Origin: Methanobacteriota archaeon | GTDB lineage: Archaea; Thermoplasmatota; Poseidoniia; Poseidoniales; Thalassarchaeaceae | Direction of reading: 5' to 3' | DNA: 64,000 bases | Assembly (NCBI GenBank): GCA_002722595.1 | Contig: PBMO01000003.1 | Coordinates: 11,588 to 75,587 of the forward strand | In this document: positions 54,385-63,472 of the stretch, piece by piece | How positions within the stretch are numbered: position 1 is the stretch's first letter | Layout of the letters: every line of letters begins with the position of its first letter | The notes under the pieces: model-generated | What the model was told of the DNA's origin: nothing | Databases searched by the model: none | The model's input: only the letters and a program-made list of their open reading frames with translations | Program-made: the position numbers and the translations under genes

Positions 54385-55250
54385 GCAAAGATGCCATCTG
54401 TGATTTTCTCCGCCGTTGTGTTCTTTATGCAGATTCTAGCATCAATCGAAAAAAGGATCGCGGAGTCGATAATTCTGAAATCAAACGTTGGGAAGCTTAC
54501 CGTGATTTTACTGCCTATGCTCTATCTGAAGTAGAGAGAGGAGAATTGGATGACTGGTTCGAGGTTGATGGGGAAGCCGAACGTATGCGTACAACATTCA
54601 TTGGGAAGCCGATGAATGAGCAAAGGAAGAATATTGATATCGATTCACTCGAGCATGCTGAAAGAGCGGCCTGGCTATCTACACTAATTGCACCGAGGCC
54701 TGTTCTGCTATTGTCCACGACAAATTCCGAGGGGGTAGCAAACCTTTGTCCTGTATCAAGTGTTTCGGTTTTGGCGAATACACCGCCTTTGCTTGGAATA
54801 TCACTAAGCCAAGATCGCAATGGTCGGCCAAGGGACACACTGAACAATATTCAACAGGGTTCCAAAGTAAGTGCAATGGTTCTACCTGGAACTTGGGATT
54901 CAGCATCACTGGTTAATGAAACAGCAACGCCGCTGCCGCCTGAGAGAAGTGAATGGAAGGGGTTAGAAGATCCTGTTGATTCTCCAAATGATTATCCACC
55001 ACATCATCCAATATCTGCTGCAGTCTTAGAGTGTGAATCCGTTGAGTTGCATCCATTGCCGGAATCAGTAGCAACTCTGGTCATTCTGAGAGTTAAGAAC
55101 ATTCTTCGCCCAGATATTGGAGATACATGGGCTATGCCACCTGATGCAGAAACATGGAGGCCGTTGTTGACACAATTTGGATGGGATAGATTGACCAGTG
55201 GACCAGATGGAGCCGCTTGGGCATTTGAAGTTCGTAGTCACAAGGACTAA
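54381..55250 (+). CDS. Flavin-reductase-like (FMN-binding split-barrel) domain protein with an N-terminal extension of about 100 aa.
   Basis: PRPVLLLSTTNSEGVANLCPVSSVSVLANTPPLLGISL matches the flavin_reduct domain core. An ATGA overlap links it to the upstream gene. Confidence 0.65.
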   Translation: MSKDAICDFLRRCVLYADSSINRKKDRGVDNSEIKRWEAYRDFTAYALSEVERGELDDWFEVDGEAERMRTTFIGKPMNEQRKNIDIDSLEHAERAAWLSTLIAPRPVLLLSTTNSEGVANLCPVSSVSVLANTPPLLGISLSQDRNGRPRDTLNNIQQGSKVSAMVLPGTWDSASLVNETATPLPPERSEWKGLEDPVDSPNDYPPHHPISAAVLECESVELHPLPESVATLVILRVKNILRPDIGDTWAMPPDAETWRPLLTQFGWDRLTSGPDGAAWAFEVRSHKD

Positions 55251-55759
55251 TCAAGAATCGAATTCCCACCTAAATCATGAGTTTCAGTATCCACGCGTGA
55301 GCCTCTACCTGGAACCAACAATAATCGGTTATTGTCCTCCAAGGAAAAAACAGGTAAACCATTGTAATTAGCCATCTCTTGAACTTGCCGGGACAGAGCG
55401 CTACGTTGGCTATCCATATGTGCCAAACTACTCAAATCAATAATACAGATGTCTCCCTGCAAAAGGCGCATGGACATTGGTTCTAATGGTAACCGATGCA
55501 TTTCATCTGGCCGGATATAGCGAAGGCCACGGTTGGGTAAACCGTGCATTCTTGCAGACCATTCAAGCCAACGTTTTGAACCAAGGTCGTGGAATGTTAA
55601 GTCTCGAACAGGCTTGCGATTAACCTTGCGTATTGGAGGAGGTATGTGGATAGGTTCTCCTTCAATAATTTCAGCATCTGGTGTATCTTCAGGCAATTCT
55701 GATTGCTTTGCACCGGGTAATTTGGGCAGGCCGAACAGATCGTATATTCGCCGCCGCAT
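55247..55759 (-). CDS. Hypothetical protein, possibly a SepF-like cell-division protein with a long N-terminal linker.
   Basis: The C-terminal 80 aa or so (LLQGDICIIDLSSL...LSRQVQEMANYNGLPVFSLEDNNRLLLVPGRG) follow the SepF pattern. The N-terminal IYDLFGLPKLPG could be an amphipathic membrane-targeting helix. Confidence 0.6.
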   Translation of the reverse strand: MRRRIYDLFGLPKLPGAKQSELPEDTPDAEIIEGEPIHIPPPIRKVNRKPVRDLTFHDLGSKRWLEWSARMHGLPNRGLRYIRPDEMHRLPLEPMSMRLLQGDICIIDLSSLAHMDSQRSALSRQVQEMANYNGLPVFSLEDNNRLLLVPGRGSRVDTETHDLGGNSILD

Positions 55760-55768
55760 GTGATGTGC

Positions 55769-58700
55769 TCAGAAGTCAAGGTCCAAGTCATCTTCGGCTG
55801 GATTTATCGGTAAAGTGTCATTAGTGATATTTGGTAATGAAGCGGTTTCCTGCACAGTAGTTGGCTGGGGCTGTTGACTGGCTTGCTGTTCCAGCCATTG
55901 TGCACCATAGTGATTCCACTGTTCCATTGTCCAGCCAGGAGGTAGGCCCTCTACAGGTACAGGTGGTGCACCGGGGGCAACCGTCTGTACTGGAGCCGCT
56001 GCTGGAGCTTCGAACATATTTGACGCAGGAGCAGCCATCGGCAATTCAGGTTCTGTAGCCATCTCCATTGAAGGCAACTGATCCCAACTATCTCCATCAT
56101 CATCCCTTCCACGAATTGACGTCAGAGCAAGTACGCCCAGTAAACCAGCTAGTACAAGTCCCAGAATTATTACAACTGTCGAAACAAGTCCACCTCCGCC
56201 AATGAATCCAAAGAAACCACCCTCTTCTTCCATGACTACAATTGTATAATCCTTAGTGGAAGTTTCAGATTCATCCGAGACCATTAGGCGAATTCCTCTT
56301 TCACCCGGTTCATCGAATACTACCCAGATTTCCATTCCCACCTCATCGATGTCATTCATAGGGTCGGTGTCGCCGTCAGAATCAACACTGGTATCTAGGT
56401 CCCATCGATACACTAGATTCGGTTTGTCTGTTGCATCATCTGTCGAGAGATTTCCTGAAAGGCCAACATTTTCTCCGGCACTTGGCCCAACTTTGCTAAC
56501 CCAAATCTCTGCATTCGGTGCTTGATTGCGTACCGTGAATTCAACTACTTGTGAAGCGCGTTCTCCATCATCATCAGTTACATGGAAAATGGTCTGGTAA
56601 TTTCCTGCCTCTGACCACCTATGGTTGATAGTTGGTCCAGTAACATCACAGTCATCGTCTGAACTTCCATCTTGATCAAGATTGATGAATGGATCTAAAT
56701 CCCAACAAGCGACCAATGTATCCATATCACTAGATGTGTCGCTGTATTCTGCTGTGAACAAAGTTCGTTGATCTTCCCGTAGAGGCAATGGGTCTTCAGA
56801 GATTTCAATAATTGGAGCCACATTGTGAACCCATACCCAACCACTAACTGTCCCACTGCTTTCGCCATCATCATCGAATGCTTGCATTGCTATGACATGG
56901 GGTCCATTAGTATCCCAACTAACTGGTACAACTGATTCAGGTCCATCGGTGGTTTCAAACCAAGTTGGGTCGACATCCAAATCTGGTTGCCATTCATAAC
57001 GGAGTGTGGGCATATCATTGGGTGAATCATCTACAAAACCAAGTAACTCAAGTTCTTGATCTTCATCTACATGCCATACTTGCATGTTGTTTGGTGGAAG
57101 TATTTCTCCAGTCTGTACATCACGTAATGACATTGACCCATTGTATGGTGCGATATTTGTAACTGTAATACTGAGTGTTTCTGTTGTAACCTCAAAATCG
57201 TCATCTACTGCTCTGAAAGACATTGTAAAAATTCCTTCAACCTCAGGGACCACAGTACATGCTTGTGTAATCAGACCTTGGGAACAAGTGTATGGTTGCC
57301 CATTGGGTGCGTCAGGAGGCATCCATAACATATCGATAGGAGCCTCGGGAGTCATCGTGTCAATATCACTACTATCTTGAGCATTGAAAGTTACTGCTTC
57401 TCCAACTTCTACACTAGTTTCACTGACTGCTAGATTAACTGAAGGAGCCCTGTTATTGATTACAACAAGAATTGAATTTCTTGAAACATCTCCTTCGTCA
57501 TCTAGCACAGTTAAATCAACTACGTATTCACCATCATTGTGCCATTCTGTTTCAATCATACAGGTATTCGTCGGGTATGTTTGAGTGCTTCCATTAGAGA
57601 GTTCTACTTCGAATATACAAGTTATCGAACCTCCATCTTCATCTTCTGATTCAGAAGCGTCAATAACAACATTGTCGAACGTCATCTTTGGAATAATATT
57701 GGCAATTTCTGCACTGGGCAATCTTCCAACGAACATTGAGAAGGAACCTTGGTTATTACTTCGATTCAAATCTGCTGTTACTGTTTGAGATGGGTCTACC
57801 ATGAACTGAATAGCAACATTTCCAATTGCCTGTGTTGTAGGAACTGTCCAAGATACGTCTACAGCAAATACACCGAGTGCTGACAAGGATGGGACGTTGA
57901 CTTGGCTGGTAGAACCGTCTGGAGCTTGTATCTCAAGAGTGGTTGCTGGTGCTGTAAGGATGCCCTTATTCTGTACAGGCACACTGAACAATAGTTCATC
58001 ACCAGGGATCGCATTGTAACCCGTCAGAGAATTCAGAATCATGGTATCGTCACCACGTGTTCTTGAAACAGATACTGCATTGGAAAGAGCAGCCAAATCC
58101 ACTTCTACGAGGTTCTCATCTAGAGTTATGGTCGATACTCCTATTTCTTCAGTGGAGGGGATCCAAGCGATAACCCCGTGGCTTGCATATTCGAAATTGG
58201 TTGGAGATGCGTCCAATTCATGACCTGTGTCGAACATGACATAGGCACTCCCATTTGCTGCAGTTGTAACTGTGCGTATATCCTCTTCAATTTCATATCT
58301 AAATTCGATGGGTTGATTGGCCACTGGTTGTCCATTGGCAGTTGAGGCGTTCAGCCAAACCCCTAAACTTGCATCCAAAGGCCATGCTGGGAAGGATAAA
58401 TCAACATCAATAACATGTACTCGCGAAACCGGATTATATTGTCTAAGACGGAAATCGATATCTGCTCCAAGGTCAATGGTCTGATGCCACCATGCATCGT
58501 TATTTCCATTTGGACACCACCATCGATATCCTGAAATTTCTCCTGAAGATGCATTGTAAGAAGTGACATTGTATGCACTTGAGCATCCCGAATAGGCAAC
58601 ACTAGGATTGCCTACACTAACCACTTCAAATCTTTCAGTTGCTTGCTCTTGTGTGTCATCAGGAATTGGGAATAGATCTTGGAATACTTCGCCGCTCCAA

Positions 58701-59338
58701 GTTGTTGTTGTGGTCGTTTCAGTATCCCATACCTCACCCACACCAAGTGGGAAGTCATAGATTTCCTTGGGTGGAGAATAAGCAGTTAGGATTGTTAGGG
58801 TGGCCAAATCAATTCGTGGATAAATTAAGCCTGCTAATCCACCAATATTCTCCATATCTACATCCAATGTCATTTCGAGTGATATGGTTCCTAAATCTGA
58901 GGCTCTAATTATTTCATTCAATTCAAAATCTACTTCTAAATCCCCGGCGATATTGAACCCCTCGTAAGGAATTGAGGCGCCACCTGTAAATTGGCCTGAA
59001 GACTCTCTTTCATAGACCAAAGTAGACACATTATCTATTGTTTCAAGGTCTATATCTGTCACTTCCATCTGTAATTGCCCAGTGAGGATATCTACGCTCG
59101 CACCAGTGATTCCACCGCTTGCCAGTAAACCAGCAACGTCGAATTCTGAGTCGTAAATCCATTCATCTCCGACCCTCCAATCGACTACGTCGACTAAATT
59201 TGTACTACGTGATGAAAGTAATTCAATACTTGAATCTTGTAACTCCTCGGTATTGTTTACATGAAAAATCGGCAATAAAATCGAACCGATTAGAATCAAA
59301 ATCAGGCTGGTCGGAAGAAGGCGCTTATGGTCACCCAT
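55769..59338 (-). CDS. Large type-I surface protein: N-terminal signal/anchor, beta-rich region, CARDB-like domain, at least 4 PKD-like domains, TM helix, and an Ala/Pro-rich cytoplasmic tail with an aromatic motif and acidic C-terminus.
   Basis: MGDHKRLLPTSLILILIGSILLP starts at ATG 59338. The listed start at 59458 would overlap the upstream gene by 94 nt. ADLNRSNNQG is a CARDB-type ending. Repeats have the N-x-AP-x...FxA..S.D form. The TM segment is LVSTVVIILGLVLAGLLGVLAL. Confidence 0.8.
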   Translation of the reverse strand: MGDHKRLLPTSLILILIGSILLPIFHVNNTEELQDSSIELLSSRSTNLVDVVDWRVGDEWIYDSEFDVAGLLASGGITGASVDILTGQLQMEVTDIDLETIDNVSTLVYERESSGQFTGGASIPYEGFNIAGDLEVDFELNEIIRASDLGTISLEMTLDVDMENIGGLAGLIYPRIDLATLTILTAYSPPKEIYDFPLGVGEVWDTETTTTTTWSGEVFQDLFPIPDDTQEQATERFEVVSVGNPSVAYSGCSSAYNVTSYNASSGEISGYRWWCPNGNNDAWWHQTIDLGADIDFRLRQYNPVSRVHVIDVDLSFPAWPLDASLGVWLNASTANGQPVANQPIEFRYEIEEDIRTVTTAANGSAYVMFDTGHELDASPTNFEYASHGVIAWIPSTEEIGVSTITLDENLVEVDLAALSNAVSVSRTRGDDTMILNSLTGYNAIPGDELLFSVPVQNKGILTAPATTLEIQAPDGSTSQVNVPSLSALGVFAVDVSWTVPTTQAIGNVAIQFMVDPSQTVTADLNRSNNQGSFSMFVGRLPSAEIANIIPKMTFDNVVIDASESEDEDGGSITCIFEVELSNGSTQTYPTNTCMIETEWHNDGEYVVDLTVLDDEGDVSRNSILVVINNRAPSVNLAVSETSVEVGEAVTFNAQDSSDIDTMTPEAPIDMLWMPPDAPNGQPYTCSQGLITQACTVVPEVEGIFTMSFRAVDDDFEVTTETLSITVTNIAPYNGSMSLRDVQTGEILPPNNMQVWHVDEDQELELLGFVDDSPNDMPTLRYEWQPDLDVDPTWFETTDGPESVVPVSWDTNGPHVIAMQAFDDDGESSGTVSGWVWVHNVAPIIEISEDPLPLREDQRTLFTAEYSDTSSDMDTLVACWDLDPFINLDQDGSSDDDCDVTGPTINHRWSEAGNYQTIFHVTDDDGERASQVVEFTVRNQAPNAEIWVSKVGPSAGENVGLSGNLSTDDATDKPNLVYRWDLDTSVDSDGDTDPMNDIDEVGMEIWVVFDEPGERGIRLMVSDESETSTKDYTIVVMEEEGGFFGFIGGGGLVSTVVIILGLVLAGLLGVLALTSIRGRDDDGDSWDQLPSMEMATEPELPMAAPASNMFEAPAAAPVQTVAPGAPPVPVEGLPPGWTMEQWNHYGAQWLEQQASQQPQPTTVQETASLPNITNDTLPINPAEDDLDLDF

Positions 59339-59364
59339 AGGGTGACCAGAAAGAACACCCCTAT

Positions 59365-59718
59365 TCAATTGAGCGCTATACGGGATATGGAAATTAGTGT
59401 TGTTATCCACATCCAATAGAACATCACTTGTCTTGTCAAATGGGTCGATGGCCTCCAACCAATTAGAGCCTCAGTCATTTCTTTGACAAACCACCCTTCT
59501 TCATGTTCCTCAATATGTTCGTTTCCTAAAATCAGGTGCTCCCAAGTGGTGAAAATACATGTTCGATTATTGAGGCGCCAGTGCAAACGAGTCAATGGAG
59601 TTAATATCGCATGAGTAACCCATGCAGTCAACCAAGGAAGTGACCATCCAAACATCAGAAAAAGCATCACTAGTAAATGGGAAAAACGTACCAATTTCGC
59701 ACAGAAGAAACGCCACAT
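59365..59718 (-). CDS. Small membrane protein, DUF2784-like; paralogue of 59723..60103.
   Basis: Both share the pattern G(W)xLPW...W...H...(T/R)xC(I)(F/L)TT(W/I)E...L with the neighbouring gene, followed by GWF/GGF and ALIGW. It has 2-3 TM segments. Confidence 0.6.
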   Translation of the reverse strand: MWRFFCAKLVRFSHLLVMLFLMFGWSLPWLTAWVTHAILTPLTRLHWRLNNRTCIFTTWEHLILGNEHIEEHEEGWFVKEMTEALIGWRPSTHLTRQVMFYWMWITTLISISRIALN

Positions 59719-59722
59719 TTTT

Positions 59723-60103
59723 TCACCAAGGTAGATGATCGCCTAGGTATAGTCGAAGGAAACACAGAGCCAAACCCATGTAGGATAGACCCCACCCCAT
59801 ATTGGCAGCTGTTCGATCACTCATGTGCCAGCCAATAAGGGCACCCATTCGCTGAATGAAACCACCTTGCTCCCTCGTGCCGGCTTGGGGGTGACCTCGT
59901 AGTTTCATTTCGATTGTCGTAAGTATACAAACATCTGCAGTCATCCAGTGCACAAGCATTGTTGGAATAAAGAATAATCCAAACCACCATGCCTCTGGCC
60001 AAGGAAGCAACCAACCCCAAGGAACGAAGAAAGTCACTCCTACGTGTACAAAGTACACCACTTTGGCTAACGCCAGTCTGATTTGACCGACGTCGTCGGT
60101 CAC
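59723..60103 (-). CDS. Small membrane protein, DUF2784-like; paralogue of 59365..59718.
   Basis: It has WGWLLPWPEAWW, DVCILTTIEMKLRG, GGFIQRMGALIGW and a GTG start. Confidence 0.6.
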   Translation of the reverse strand: MTDDVGQIRLALAKVVYFVHVGVTFFVPWGWLLPWPEAWWFGLFFIPTMLVHWMTADVCILTTIEMKLRGHPQAGTREQGGFIQRMGALIGWHMSDRTAANMGWGLSYMGLALCFLRLYLGDHLPW

Positions 60104-60112
60104 ATCACCACC

Positions 60113-60730
60113 TCAGAGTAAGTCAGCGAGTTCGTCTTGGATAATCTCAACAGCTTCTAGAATCTCATCCTTGTGTCTCGCACCTGTGATAACCATCTTT
60201 CCACTACCGAATATCAGACAAACAACCTTTGGATAATCAAGGCGGTAAATCAATCCAGGGAACTGCTCTGGCTCGTATTCTACCTTATCGAATGGCAGAT
60301 GGAAAGTAAGGTGATTGAGATTCAATTTCCTTGGTTCTCCAGCTTGAGGCTCTCCTGTCCACTTGTCTTTCCCATCATAGTCTTCAGGATAGTGCAAAGC
60401 ATATGTTGCAACCATATTCTGAACTTCAATTTGAACGTCACTTAATTCCCAAGTTTCGATGCCTGCTGCACGGAGATCTGCAATCATTCTCTCGATACCT
60501 GTGTGGATGTTATCTTCGTTCTTTCCACCAGTACAAACTGCACGGCCAGAGCGGAACATGAGGATTGCCAATTTAGGATCTACTACCCGGTAAACTACAC
60601 CCGGGAATTGTTCGGGCTCATACTCGCAATTCAACTGGATTGCGATATCTGGAAGATTCAACTCTTCTGCCACTCGGGTCGATGCTACTACATTCACTAC
60701 TGTAAGGCGGTCTTCGTCACTTGTTGCCAT
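60113..60730 (-). CDS. tbp: TATA-box binding protein, with an insertion of about 23 aa in the second repeat.
   Basis: It has two repeats: VVNVVAS...EYEPEQFPGVVYR...MFRSGRAVCTGGK and VQNMVAT...EYEPEQFPGLIYR...IFGSGKMVITGAR. Confidence 0.93.
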   Translation of the reverse strand: MATSDEDRLTVVNVVASTRVAEELNLPDIAIQLNCEYEPEQFPGVVYRVVDPKLAILMFRSGRAVCTGGKNEDNIHTGIERMIADLRAAGIETWELSDVQIEVQNMVATYALHYPEDYDGKDKWTGEPQAGEPRKLNLNHLTFHLPFDKVEYEPEQFPGLIYRLDYPKVVCLIFGSGKMVITGARHKDEILEAVEIIQDELADLL

Positions 60731-60752
60731 AGTGCGCCGTCCTTAAACCCCT

Positions 60753-60760
60753 ATATAAAC
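60753..60760 (-). promoter_or_regulatory. TATA box of the tbp promoter (leaderless transcript predicted).
   Basis: The minus strand reads TTTATATA, centred about 26 nt upstream of the tbp ATG (60730). Confidence 0.55.
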
Positions 60761-60804
60761 CAGTAGTCGGGACCATTTATAATTGGAATTTCCTTTGAAG
60801 GGCC

Positions 60805-61794
60805 TCAGTCGCTCGTTTTTACATCAACGCCAGGGGCACCTAATCTAGAGGTCATAGTATGCCCTCCTACCATTTCGATGGCCTCTGCAGTTCTTCGTGG
60901 TTCTTGGGTTAATGCAATCATGCAACCTCCCCCTCCTGCACCAGTCATTTTAGCACCCAAACTGGTTGGTAATGCGGCCTCCACCATCCTGTCTAAATCT
61001 GAATCAGATACACCGATTCCCTGCAATAGTCGGTGACATTCATTCATTGCGATTCCAACTGCCTGCAGATTGCCAAGAGATAGTGCTGTTGCTCCGGCTC
61101 GAGTTACATTTCCAATACGTTCGATGTCCTCCATCTTCTCAGGCTGTCTCTTTAGAAGATCTGCTACCTTTGCAACCATTTGAGAAGTGGGACCGGGGCG
61201 TCCTGTAAAACCAATCACTAGACTGGCTTCTTGGAGCGATTGAGGCAAAGAAACACTGTGAATTTCCCATGTTCTTTGAACACCATCTATTCGTAAATCA
61301 CGAGTGTATTTCCATTCTGCCAAACTTTCCCTCTTATCTGAAACAAATACAGCACCACCAAGTGTAGATGTACTGGTATCGATTGGACTTGCCCTCCCTC
61401 CTTGAGCCTCCGCTTCAGCCAAATGGGCAGTCGTTGCAATACCTCTAAGTGGCAATTCATCTACCGGGGTGCCTCGAATATGCAGGATACCTGCTGCAGT
61501 TGCCGCACAAATTGCTGCGCTGGAACCAAGACCTGCGGCGCCAAACAAATCACTCTCAATTTGAACCGAAAGAGGAGCACCGCCATCTCCTGTCCACATA
61601 CGCTTGAGAATTGCATCCAAGTGAGGATGGCGGGATTTGTCAAATTTCATGCCATCAATCTGCCAACCAGATTCTGATTTCTCAATTTTAACCCGGATTC
61701 TGGCATCAATTGCCACAGCTACAGCCGGTTGGCCATAAACAACTGCATGCTCGCCAAAAAGGATGCATTTCCCCGGGGCGCTGGCAAGGACCAT
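60805..61794 (-). CDS. mvk: Mevalonate kinase (GHMP family).
   Basis: It has APGKCILFGEHAVVYGQPAVAVAI, GLGSSAA and KMTGAGGGG. The ATG is at 61794 (MVLASAPGK). The listed start at 61851 adds 19 aa. Confidence 0.88.
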   Translation of the reverse strand: MVLASAPGKCILFGEHAVVYGQPAVAVAIDARIRVKIEKSESGWQIDGMKFDKSRHPHLDAILKRMWTGDGGAPLSVQIESDLFGAAGLGSSAAICAATAAGILHIRGTPVDELPLRGIATTAHLAEAEAQGGRASPIDTSTSTLGGAVFVSDKRESLAEWKYTRDLRIDGVQRTWEIHSVSLPQSLQEASLVIGFTGRPGPTSQMVAKVADLLKRQPEKMEDIERIGNVTRAGATALSLGNLQAVGIAMNECHRLLQGIGVSDSDLDRMVEAALPTSLGAKMTGAGGGGCMIALTQEPRRTAEAIEMVGGHTMTSRLGAPGVDVKTSD

Positions 61795-61897
61795 GTTGGG
61801 GCGTATGGTATACACCTCATATCGGTTCTGCCTATCAAGCGAGTGAACCAAAGTTCAAGGGAGGGGCGCCTGTAGGGATAGTTAGTGAGGCTACACT

Positions 61898-63463
61898 ATG
61901 GATGACGAAACAGACTTTGACGTGATTGTCATCGGTGCTGGATTCGCAGGTGCAGCCACTGCATTTCAACTTCTAAAGGAAGGCATTGAAGGCGATAGAA
62001 TACTTGTTGTCGATCGTGGAGAACCTATTGGCAGTAAGAATCTGACCGGAGGTATACTATGGGGCCGGGAGTTAGATGACTTTGAGGAATTTCTAGGCAA
62101 TTGGGAGATGGATTGCCCTGGAATTGAGAGGGCTATTAATCACAAGAAAGTTGGATTCCTTAGTAGTGAAGATGCACTCTTCGTTGAAGGTAGATTTGCT
62201 TCTTGGGATGGCACTGGGGGCACCGATGAGCCCAGCCAACGATCATCGTGGTCTGTTCTTCGCGCCAAAGCCGACGCTTGGATGGCAGAGAAGATGGAGG
62301 AAGCTGGAATCTTTGTCATGCCTGGAATGAAAATCGACCAACTGCACATCGATGGTTTAGATCACGAATCATATACTGCTAGAGATTTAACTGATCCAGC
62401 AGAAGATAGTGGAAAGGGTGCTGCTCAAAAATGGAAAATTGATAATTTCCCAAAAGAACTTGTTGACAAAATTCGAAATGGCAAGATACGAGGAATCGTT
62501 CAAGATGGGGAAGTCATGACCAGTAATGTTGTGGTCATCGCAGAAGGAAGCAACTCTATCCTAACCAGAACTTATCATTTTGATTCAATGCTGAATGCTC
62601 AATCTAAAGAAGACTTATTGCTCGGTGTGAAAGAAGTTATCCATTTGGGTAAAGAACGAATTGATGAGAGATTCAATTGCTTCCCAGGTGATGATGAGAG
62701 GCCACCAAGTGGAATGGCCATGGAATTGGCACTCTCATTGTATCGAGACATGGCACATGAAGCATGGAAAGAATATCCCGTCACAGATGGACTTTATCCA
62801 CGATGTGGAGGGTTCTTCTACACGAACCGCGAAACTGTTTCCTGCGGAATTATTGTCCAGTTGAGTTCATTGCCATCAGGAATACATACTTATGATCTAT
62901 ATCAGGCATTCAAGGAACAGCCAGCAATTGCTGCGCTAATTGAGGGCGGAGAGGCCATAGAATATGGGGCACACCTTTGCCCAGAATACGGCCTACACCG
63001 TATGCCACACCGGTTTACTCGGGATGGTGCGCTAGTTGTGGGTGATGCAGCTGGCTTGGTCTTCGCCAACGGGATGCAAATCCAAGGGATGAACAATGCT
63101 CTCCATTCTGGAAAGTTGGCTGGAAAAGCAATTGCGACTTGTATTTCCAATGGCGATGTCAGTGCCAAGGCTCTCGATGCGACCTATACGAAATCACTCA
63201 AAGCCAGTTACATTTATCGAGACTTGAAACGGTTTGAACCTGCAACAAAATTCCTCAACAATCCTGCTAACTTTACTTGGGTTCCTGAACTAGTGGGCAA
63301 AACGGCAAATCGTGTTTTCCGTGAGATTGGCGAAGAAAAGGTCCCGGCAGAGAAGGTTTTGCGACAAGTTCGCAAGGAAATGCGTGCAAAGAGCAAAGCA
63401 AACAAGAAGGGGATGGGGCTCATCAGTATGCTGAAGTTGGCGTTGACTGGAAGAAAACTCTGA
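61898..63463 (+). CDS. fixC: FixC-like FAD-dependent oxidoreductase (ETF-quinone oxidoreductase / geranylgeranyl reductase superfamily).
   Basis: It has DVIVIGAGFAGAATA (the FAD dinucleotide-binding fold) and GDAAG, and is followed by a FixX-type ferredoxin. It is 521 aa, with insertions relative to typical FixC of about 430 aa. Confidence 0.78.
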   Translation: MDDETDFDVIVIGAGFAGAATAFQLLKEGIEGDRILVVDRGEPIGSKNLTGGILWGRELDDFEEFLGNWEMDCPGIERAINHKKVGFLSSEDALFVEGRFASWDGTGGTDEPSQRSSWSVLRAKADAWMAEKMEEAGIFVMPGMKIDQLHIDGLDHESYTARDLTDPAEDSGKGAAQKWKIDNFPKELVDKIRNGKIRGIVQDGEVMTSNVVVIAEGSNSILTRTYHFDSMLNAQSKEDLLLGVKEVIHLGKERIDERFNCFPGDDERPPSGMAMELALSLYRDMAHEAWKEYPVTDGLYPRCGGFFYTNRETVSCGIIVQLSSLPSGIHTYDLYQAFKEQPAIAALIEGGEAIEYGAHLCPEYGLHRMPHRFTRDGALVVGDAAGLVFANGMQIQGMNNALHSGKLAGKAIATCISNGDVSAKALDATYTKSLKASYIYRDLKRFEPATKFLNNPANFTWVPELVGKTANRVFREIGEEKVPAEKVLRQVRKEMRAKSKANKKGMGLISMLKLALTGRKL

Positions 63464-63472
63464 GGTGAAAAC

